From the NCBI GenBank assembly GCA_010015805.1, contig ML978122.1:558001-589782 (forward strand): a stretch of DNA of 31,782 nt, written 5' to 3'. Made by a program: the position numbers and the translations under genes. Source of the stretch: Rhizodiscina lignyota (Eukaryota). The notes beneath the pieces were generated by a model that worked only from the letters and a program-made list of their open reading frames with translations, was not told where the DNA came from and did no database searches. This document shows, piece after piece, positions 22,574-31,782 of the stretch. Position 1 is the stretch's first letter; the number at the start of each line of letters is the position of its first letter.

Positions 22574-25150
22574 GTGCAGGTCGGGGCCGGTGAGACTAGT
22601 TGGATGGCACTGCCTGGGTTGATGGACAACGGGGTGGCCGTGGAGCAGACAGGTTTAATGGGTCCTTGGAGACTTGCGGATCTGGGATGATGTCAGCCGT
22701 GAGTTGCTCAATTAAATCGAAATGAAGAATTCGTAGGACACTTACGCGAACATGGCAGAGCTCAAGAGAGCAACGGCGACAGCGAAGGACTTCATTTTGA
22801 GTAGTTGCGATTATTGATTGTCCGACTTGAGAGTGGAAGGATGAAGTTAAAGGTGAGGCTAAGAAAGGCTTTAAGGACAGTTGTAGAATATTTAATAGAA
22901 TCCTCTGCAATGACGTGGGCTCGGTGGGAAATCTGTGCCTAGTGCAGAAATCAAATGCAATGCAGGTGGAGCAGCAGTCTTTATATCCTCCGACGTGATG
23001 TAAGAGGGTAGTAGGAGAGGATCCCCACAGCCAGCAGTCAGACAATGGAAGTAGGGCCAGGTACTCGGTCAAGTATGACAGGCAGCATCAGCAACGCTCT
23101 GCCCTATAAGATGGCAAGAACAGAGAAATTGAGATGACAGCATGGTCAAAGGGTTGCTGAAGGCAGTAAAAAAAAATTCGAGAATCTGGTTAGCCAGGGG
23201 TTGCACAAACACGAGTGCCACCAGAAAATGCTCCGGGGGAGGCTGGCTCACCCTGTCATCTTTCTAGCTGCAATTCGTAACCGGGATAATGGGTGTCTCC
23301 CTTTCTGCTCTGCCTCTTTGCATCGTGCACTACTGCCCTAACCACGTGGTGGGAACAGTGTGGAAAGTAGAGACCTAGAAACTCTTACCCAAGAGTTTCT
23401 GCGGTCCTCGGCCCCTGGCGGAAGATGTATTTTTAGCCATCCAATATGTATGCACAATAGGGTGCGGGGATGGTCAAGTACGCACATGTTCGGGCCGTGG
23501 CTTGGACACAACGACGAACCGGACGGCGAGGAGGACGTCCTCGTAGCTTTTGCGAGCTTCTAGAATCCTTCAGGGCCTGTGTCGTCGTGAAGAGGGCTCG
23601 GAAAGGTGAACAAGAACGCACAAGCTCTCGCTGGCATCGTGCTCAAGCTTTCAGCCTCCCGTGCGAGTGCCGTCTTACTGGCCCACTTCAACCGGCATCG
23701 CGCAGGCCACGGAAAACGCTCGCGCATGAGAGAAATGTCTTCCAGCCTGTCGATCCCTTCTCGTCAGACCGGCCATCTGTAGGCGTCTGCATCGTCGGTC
23801 AACCTCTTCGGTTACTACTGGATGTGGCAATCTTTCGCGCCCCGTGACGATTCCTCAATATCAGCTGTCACCTTTTTGAGTGCGTTTGCGCGTTGTTGGC
23901 AAAGCACTGGATGGGAGAAATCCCACTTCGCGCGCATATTGTTGTAGGATAGAGGGCGCAGCAGCCTCGCCGCTTTACCGTAGGATCTCACTTCTCTATG
24001 CACCCCGCAATTCAACTAATCAAATTGCCGAATTTTCTTGTCTTCCGGTGCATTTTTCTCACACGAAATATACGCTGACCACGGGGAGAAGTAGGTAAAT
24101 TCGCAGTGGAGAGAAGAGGAGCATCGCGCGTGCATGAAAGCGAAATTGATGTCTTGTACTGTTTTTGCGGCACACTTTCATCGACTGCAGATCGCAGTGC
24201 AAATCTCGCTTACCTAACAACTTATTTGAAAAGCTAGTCCTGGTAGACGATCTTGAAACAACGTCAGTCTCGACAAACGCATTGCTTGCTCACTGTCGGC
24301 CGCAGGTGTTCCGCATCGGCTTGTCCTGGTACTCATACTCGAAGAGAGAATTCCGCTTACTCTCAAATCAAGGTAGAGATTGTCTGATGAGGTCAGCAGC
24401 TTCATGTGTTCCTTATGTGGAGAAATGTCGCAGTTTATAACGGAAAAGGGTTATGAAGAGGCCTCGCGTCGGCTGGCACTTTTGAAATTGAAGAGTGAAT
24501 TTATCCAACAGAGATGAAAGGAGCCGATGGCTGGACCCCCGAAGCGATGCGCGCGTGGTTCCTGACGATCTGTTCCCGTAGAGCGCCAGAGATTGGATTC
24601 CGCATGCCTGGTTACTCGGAGACGATCTCTCAGGATCGGCTCGTTGTTCTGCATAGGGACATATGTAAAGGGAGCAAATACTTCCTTTTGCGGAAAAGAT
24701 GCAGCGTACAAATCTGTAAATTTCATCTGCATTTGGAGGGCATGAGCGACGATCGCAGCAATGGGGCGAATTTTTTCTCATCAGCAGTGGCTAAGACGTC
24801 GGTGTCTTCAACTGGGAACGATCGGCCACGTACGGCGTTAAGATTTTTGCTGAAACCAAATATTTAATGCACGACAGCTTTTACGGCTATTACTGCTATT
24901 GATTTTGAGTAAGTATTCATACACTCCAAGCCTGAACACCCCTTGAGAAGAGTAGTCATTAAGGGAGTGATTCCCTTAACCTCTCAACATCATGCATATT
25001 ATTCCATGCAAGAGTAGACCTAACAGGAAAGTCGATTCTCGCCCTTTCATCAATCCCACATCGCGTTTTGCGTTTCATTCTGTACCCTCATTGTTCATGT
25101 TTGCCTTGCAGAACTTGTCCATTCAAGGCGTGAATTTCGGTTGGCGACAT

Positions 25151-26322
25151 TTACGCGCCCTCGTCATCGTCACCGATACGAATGCGGCCCTCACTAGCAA
25201 GGCCCTGGCTCCAGAATCCGCCGAGCTCAACGTTCGTCTCTGGCATACGCGAGTGCGTGACGAGCAGCCAGATGCCGAAGATTGGCTTCGCGAGGATATC
25301 GAGAACGGCGTATGCGATGATCTCGCCGTCAACGCTGATGTGACGGCCACCATCGGCGACACCCCAGATACTGCCGGTTGTTAATCCCGAAGGTTATATA
25401 CACGGTCATACAAGAGGAGACTTACACAGGATATGCAGTCCAGACAATCAGGGTGAAGGCGGCAATGGAGATGAAGAACTTGGAGACATTGCTTCCCTTG
25501 GCAAGAGAAGCTGTACGGCCATTGAGGACGAGCTGGAAGATGATAACGAGGTAGGCAATGCAAGCAATGGCGTACCTGAAAAATGTTAATACCAGAATTG
25601 GATGCCACGCAAGGGGGTGAGTGGACAACTTACCAGCCCCACTTCTGGCCAGTGGTCTCAGATCCAAAAGCCGCAAAGAGACCGGTCAAGATCATGGTGA
25701 CGTCGGCCACGATGGCAATGAGAATGGTACCTCCATTCATGCCAGCCAGGAACGCGAGGTCCAACAGCAGCAGCGGAGTGGTCAAGGCCCAGTCCACATA
25801 GCGTGCCCAGTAGACCTGACGGTAGATATCACGTGTAGTATCGGGGAGGCCATGGTCATGTTGCTCTACGGCCTTGATGTGGTGCCATGTAACACCGTGG
25901 CCGGTGGCCATGGCAAAGTAGGAGATGGTAGCAATGATCGTAATGAGGGTAGTGAGGATATGGTAGAGGCGTTTGGACTGCCATGAAAGTTAGCGTATAT
26001 CTTTCAGAGTATCTCCTTGGAACGAGTACGTACAATTGGGATGCTCCATGACATTCCAGTGAAAATGATGGAGGCAACCAACATGATGACGAACACGACC
26101 CTGTAAACAAACAATTAGCAAACGGCGTGCCCATCAACAATATAGTGGTGCAGTATACCAAAGCGTAGTCTTGCCATCGTGGTGGACCTTCTGGAACTCT
26201 GGGAGATCAGGAATTACAGTTGGGAGGGGTGTAGCAGAGTGGTGTGATGATGCCGTGGACGTAGGCACCAGCAAGCTCTTGGTCTTCATGAGCATCGCAA
26301 CGGGATCAACAATGTTCGACAT
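25151..26322 (-). CDS. opsA: Fungal microbial rhodopsin, NOP-1/Leptosphaeria-rhodopsin clade, ~314 aa
   Basis: Exons 26322-26159, 26100-26034, 25977-25634, 25575-25426 and 25370-25151. Helix C reads WARYVDWALTTPLLLLD, helix F reads WTAYPV.WG, and helix G reads LDILAK (retinal-binding Lys). C-terminus GFWS.GL..EG.IRIGDDDEGA. Confidence 0.95.
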
Positions 26323-27246
26323 GATTTCGGCTTCCTGTGGCTCTCTCAAACCTTCCAAAATCCCAATGTAAAGGCAAATGATGGGGACCAAAGCTTTATG
26401 AAGGTTCAGGGCGGGGTCGGTGAAGAAGAGAAGAATTGTGCAGGCTGAGGGGAGATGAGTACGACTGATGTAACAAAGAGCTCAAGTACAACCCGGGACC
26501 GGGCCTGCAGCTGCACCATACGTCAGCGCTGGACCAACCACGACTCACGCACCCTCCACGCCGGCACACTGGCTAGGCCCGAAAGCGCCGTTGGCTTTGG
26601 TGGCTTGGCGGTACATCGAAATGCTGCATTCCATCACAAATGCCATGACTTTGTCTCTCAGCCTCGTATCAAGTTCTGTCTTGACTTTGTGGCTCCAGAC
26701 GCGCGTCTGGCTCTCCTCAATTCGTTGCAGGCGTTGCGACGTCACTAAATGCACCTGGGAGCTCTTTCTTTAGCTACTCGTCACAATGCTGTTGCCTGCG
26801 TCTGCTACAAATTTTCCCCGCATTCTGCTCCTGTCGCCTCTGGTCAGCCACATCGAGTTTCGACCTTGCAGATCCTGCGGCATCATGGGACTCGCGAGCA
26901 TGCGTGCAACTGCATTTCTCCAATCACCTGAGCAATGAGTACGCACCTTTCACAGCACTATACTGTTTCTCTTACTCGATGGCGTCTGCCGCTCCTTCCG
27001 CCATCAAGGTACTCCGCCGGTCAACTTTCTCGTTATGTACAAAGGTATTTCGGCTAGAAAAGGGAAAGTCCTTCCGCCGCTGAATGTCACTGTCCAAGAC
27101 TTTATGTAAACATGGGGTCGCACTGCAGGTGCGCCGGAACTGCCCATAATATACATATTCGCGCCTGCGAGGTCGCCGTGGAAAACATATCCTGAGCCGG
27201 TCCACTTTCGCTGAACGCCTCGTTCCACACTCATATCCGTCCATGT

Positions 27247-29949
27247 TCAATCGCTATCGCTCATATCACCGCAGAGATCAATGATTTCAAGCTTCCTCTT
27301 TACTCCTGCAACCTGAGGTGGCTGGTGTACATTCGCATGGTTTGAACTCACAGTGGAAAGCGGCGGATGCGCACTCTCGTCAATTCGTTCACGTCGCGAT
27401 TTCACACTGCCAATATCTTTAAGCAAAATCCACCTCTTGTAATCGTCGCCGAGAACATCCTTCATATGCGGAGACTGAAGGGAGTGAAACCATGTTTTGA
27501 ACGGTTCACATGAGCTCTTCCACTCGCGAAGGTCGTCTCGAAATTCTTGAGCTGTCTTCGTGATGATCAAGGTGTGAGATCTTCCACGTCGTTCCACGTC
27601 GATGAGGAAGGAACGCAGATTTAGCTGACTTAAAAGGTGCTTCTGTCTATCTTCTGTGAGTGGATGCCGAAAGATTGGCCTGTCTGGATCGCGCAGAAAC
27701 TTATTCAGCATTTGGCAATCGGAACAGCCGTCGCCCTTGATTGTCTTCCGTTCCCACCCCGTCGGAGCTTTCGGCTGTGCTCTCTTGGACTTTGCAAACG
27801 CTTCAACTACAGCTTTCAGTAACTGAATGTATATCGCGCGGACATGATTCATTGCGATATCATCCGTGTGGCCTTCGGTCCGGCAAACGAGACCCATGAT
27901 CAACTTAGAGATAAACGTCGTATGTGGCCCAATACGTTTGACAAGAAACGTCGCAGAAAGGAATTCTTGTGATGTCACTTCAATGAGCCGGTTGACCTCA
28001 GCGTATAAGTTTAAGGAAATACCCGCCTCGACCAGATGCAGGAACGTTTCGAGTCGAGCGTCCGGAGTCCCAATGCATGTGATTGAATCGAAAGCCGGTG
28101 CGTCATGTTGTCGGCAGAAGTCTTCCGCTTTCAGAGAGAAAGTCTCAGTATTTTGCAAGATGTGGCGGTAAGACTGAGTCAGGAAGGGTTCCAGAGATGG
28201 CTCCCCCTGGACAAAGTAGAACTCTCTAACTTTATCTAGGAGTTGATCCACTTGCAGATGTTGCACAAGCGACGGAAAAACTCTGCCATGATGTTAGTTC
28301 ACATGGCACTGGGCAGCTTTTTCTCAGCCCAAAGTCACTGTACTGCGTCTTATGCAGTTGGACAGCGATGAGGGCCATGAGAGCCATAGAGACATAGAAA
28401 CGGACTCTGAGAAAAAGGAAAGCCGACAAGCGTACTTTTTTGGACCCCATTCATGATCGCGCAAATTCAGCAACTTAACCATTGTGCGGATGTCCCAGAA
28501 GTCATAGCAGGTCACTTCCTCCAACCATTCGTCGAAAATTCGGTCAATCCAAGCTTCAAAGCTACGCTTAAGGTCCTCAGTTTGCAATTTTGAGCCGAGA
28601 ATTACACGACACTCATGGAAATCAATGAGTTGGTTGGAACTGAATTCGCTCATTTCGGAGACTATGTCCCCCAACCTGAAGCATGCGTTAGCCATTTATG
28701 TTTGTGGATATGAACTGGAAAGGTTGTATACCACTGTGCCCAGTCCCATGCGAATGGAGTAGTCGAATAACGCTGATGTATGAGCCCATAAACCGCGTCA
28801 AGCACTTCTGGCTGGCAGTAACCATTCCTGAAACTGGCTTTCAAGGCATTTTGGTAAGTTTCATGGGAGTCCAGCGCCACACTCCATTCGATCCCTTTGA
28901 CCAGTACAGCAGTTACAGATGTGTGGTTGCTTACGGTAGTAATACGATTGAGTAGTTTCAGGGCTGTCGTTCTCAGGCCTTCGTCGTTTGGCTGATCTAG
29001 AGCTTGCTGGCATGCAAAATCGAGCAAATTCCTGATTTCGGAGACCTCGTCGCCGAAAACTTCGTACAGTTTCTCTTTTGGCACAAGAAGCACAACCTGC
29101 TGAAGATAAGACACGAATTTAAGCAATAGGAGATGAGAGTCCAAACGGTGTAGTTGGCGGATATACATACATTCCATGCAAACCTGGCCCCCTTTTCATT
29201 ACCGCCATTTCTGAAAGGGCACTTTTGTAGTATTTGCTGGTCCTCGACGCGCACGGAATTTGCAATCTCGCATCCCTCAGGTGTGACGACAGAACGCAGA
29301 TCTAGTCGAGGACCTTCGTTGCCCGACATATCCCAACAGTCTTCGTGGGTTTCATCTATCATTTCCCGATGCATTTGTGTAAGGAACAGATAAAGGTTTT
29401 GTTCCCGACAAACTTCGCTCAACCGTTCTCCCACAACCCGATCCCTCTCTTTCAGGTTAAGCAGGGAAAGTTGTGTTTCGGCATACGATTGGTCAAGAAT
29501 GTAGATGTACATCAGACTGCAGTTAGGCCCATTGCGCCATTTTTCCAGAACCTTTTCCGAGACGTTCTTTCCGGGCGTAGAATCTTTGGGCAGAGGGCTT
29601 CGCAGAAGTGTCGCCCTTTTCTCTGACCAGGTTATATTCGATGGCGAGCCTATAACCAGATGTGATGGGTCTGGACTCTTGTGTCACATCCGAATACCAC
29701 GAGAGAATTGAAACATCGTACAGGGAAAAGGGTGCGAGCTCTACGACTCGATCGCCGCCAGCATACGACAAAGAGATCGCGCCGCCTTGATGTTGAGAGG
29801 GTAGAAACAATACGAGCTTGCCAAAAGTGCTGCAGCTCTCATCTCTTCCCGGGTTGAAGGATGCGTCGGGACCGTACAAGACTAGCCTATACGTTTCTGC
29901 AATTGCCGTACCTTCAATACCGAGACCTTCGATTGTACGACGGAGAACG
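27247..29949 (-). pseudogene. Large fungal protein with an N-terminal 2OG-Fe(II) oxygenase-like domain; frameshifted and interrupted by hAT copy 2; 5' part lies outside the window
   Basis: Motifs AETYRLVLY...FGKLVLFLPSQHQGG...WYSDVTQE.RPITSGYRLAIEYNL, YILDQSY...LS...LK..D and C-terminal C.DC..LN.FL.DP...HL...R.GR..TL.I.KT. Introns at ~29097..29170, 28676..28731 and 28283..28435. There is a +1 frameshift near 29551-29558. Confidence 0.8.
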
Positions 29950-31782
29950 CAGCGTGGCGCTCCGACGCGACGGTCGGAGTAGACTTCAGATATTGAACCA
30001 TTTGCATCGAATCTATTCGCATCGAAGCTGACTGATCTTTTCAATGACGTTTAGATAATATCTAGATGCATCTAAACGCTTTGTATATTCTTTTAATTTA
30101 TTCGCCTAAGCTGTTCAGCTGAGATATAGCGTCGGAGATGCTGGAGCCGAACCAGAGGGGTGGGTCTGGTGAGTATTTGGGAGGGGGTTTCAGGCCGGAT
30201 TTACTTTATTCCGGGCGGACATCTCGTTCAGCACCCCAAAGGATCTCTCGTTTGTGGCAACCACCTTGCTCTTTACCTTATTATCTCTTTATTTTCTTGC
30301 TAATCTGTCATTCTTGCTTCTATTATTTCAATATACCGCCGTTAATTGCTACCGCCAGCGAGCTTTCGAGCGCCCGAACTAATATAACTCCAGCGTCGAA
30401 TCCTAACGCGAGTTATTCGAAGCAGCAACCTTCTAAGCGTCTAGCCAGCTCAGTAGATACTCGAACGACTATACTATTTTACGGCGTGCGAATCAATAAG
30501 AAGATCCTTGACTATTTCATTCTTATTCCTCTAGCACTACTAGGAGCGAAAGGTGGCCAGCAGCGCTCGTGGATTTATAGCCACGGTATTGTTGGCAAAG
30601 AGCGTTAAGATCCTCCTCCGCCACTAGGTGAATCTTATAAGAGATTCTGGATATGCCCTCACTATTTCAATCACGATCCTAAGCGTAAAATGCACGATAT
30701 CATCAAATTCTCACTCCAAGGCACTACGAATTCAGCGTATCACCTAAGGAGTGTACACTAGATCGACGCTCTAATAAAGCAGGCGACTAATACAGCTTAT
30801 CCTAAAGTCGATCAGTAGTAGTATATTATACACTACTGCCGCTAGGTTGTTCTCTACTGCATCTCATTTCGAGTATCAGTACACTAGTCATATCGTTTAA
30901 TTCTAAATCTTGCGAATCCTAATACCTTCCAGATCGCACCAAGTCACTACTATACTATCGCCAAGTAGCTTATCTTGCTGTTTACAGCATTATACGCCGG
31001 CCTTATTCGAACTGAGCTCTATAGTACTAAAGGACTCATTATACTAGCTTTTAATATATAGAGCTCCGGAAATCACCTCTCTCTATGTAGGATTATTGCT
31101 TACTATGTAACTTCTTACTACGAACGGCGTAGCATCCTTATCGGCCTTCCTCACGTTCCTAGCCGGCATTTAGGCGAGAATATCGCTAAGTATGTTGACC
31201 AAACCGTAAAGCGCTACGGAATCTCTAGTATGCTTAGCTACTATATACTCGATAACGCCGGCAACAACGATACAGCTGTAGAAGAGCTTCACGAGCGCTA
31301 CAAAGGCCTAGGGGATTATATAATAAAGAGACTGCGTTGTTTAGGCCACATTATCAATCTAGCAGTTAAGGCCGGCTTGTTTATGAATTACAAGAAGGAA
31401 GATCAAGAAGAGATTAATAATAATAACCTAGAAGAGCTAGCAGAACAGGCGTAGCGAAATGCACTCTCTAATAAGCCGAAACACCTCGTAGCCAGGCGTA
31501 AACTCTATGCGATTAGGAAGGTAGCGAATATCTTTACTCACATCACAGCCTCTAGTCAACGCGTCAAATCCTTCCTCTAGCTAGAGAAAGAAGTAGAGCT
31601 AGATAAGACTCTAATAGTCGTAAAAGAGGTTGCCACGCGCTAGAACAGTACGTATTCAATGCTTAAAAAAGGTTAGTCATACTCTATAATTCGCTCTTAT
31701 TACTGCTTTACAAGTTGCTATATGTTTCAGGTTTATATTGCTATAATATTACTGCGAAACAAGCCTGATCTGGCTACAATTC
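29950..31782 (+). mobile_element. hAT transposon copy 2 (5' 1833 bp, truncated by the window edge), inverted relative to copy 1
   Basis: Begins with the TIR CAGCGTGGCGCTCCGACGC. It is the reverse complement of 20741..22573 with 14 substitutions counted by eye. Confidence 0.96.
30333..31671 (+). pseudogene. hAT transposase pseudogene, first coding exon in copy 2
   Basis: Same RIP-stopped frame as copy 1, running from ATA-CCG-CCG to ...NSTYSMLKK G|gttagt. Confidence 0.88.

Larger units (their letters stand above)
18646..22795 (-). pseudogene. Small secreted Cys-rich protein (191 aa, 13 Cys, two 6-Cys repeats) disrupted in exon 2 by a hAT insertion
   Basis: Exon 1 is 22795-22746 (signal peptide MKSFAVAVALLSSAMFA). 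Exon 2 is 22681-22574 plus 19118-18992 and exon 3 is 18936-18646. Removing the element and one TSD copy restores an open frame: ...SPAPTCTKTLL...TDCGGCALTT...PC...ICSPSPTCT...TDCKGCALTT...KC...ACSSTA*. Confidence 0.85.

Noticed and set aside
22900..25100. Short ORFs in the 2-kb gap between the secreted-protein gene and the opsin
   Set aside because: No motifs, consistent frame or splice structure; it could be intergenic or an unrecognisable relic.
19127..31782. Composite transposon or Starship-like element carrying the opsin as cargo
   Set aside because: Copy 1 has its own TSD and the interrupted gene continues on both sides, so the intervening DNA is native. No tyrosine recombinase gene is present.

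Overview
Fungal (Pezizomycotina, probably Dothideomycete-like) genomic DNA with short GT-AG introns and CTRAY-type branch sites; I assembled the spliced gene models by hand. In order: a SET-domain gene (truncated by the window edge), trifunctional trpC, an intronless LanC-like gene, a tandem pair of choline/carnitine-monooxygenase-like Rieske oxygenase genes, a Zn alcohol dehydrogenase, an uncharacterised multi-pass membrane protein, a TALE-homeobox/C2H2 transcription factor, an RPEL-repeat protein, a small secreted Cys-repeat protein split by a RIP-mutated hAT transposon (8-bp TSD), a Leptosphaeria-rhodopsin-like opsin, and a degenerate 2OG-Fe(II)-oxygenase-like gene split by a second, inverted, about 99% identical copy of the same hAT element. 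The most striking observation is that the two Rieske genes are reciprocally degenerate. One keeps only the mononuclear-iron catalytic site and the other keeps only the [2Fe-2S] site plus a membrane anchor, which suggests a split, heteromeric Rieske oxygenase. The two hAT copies also record recent gene knockouts and a strand-polarised RIP event.
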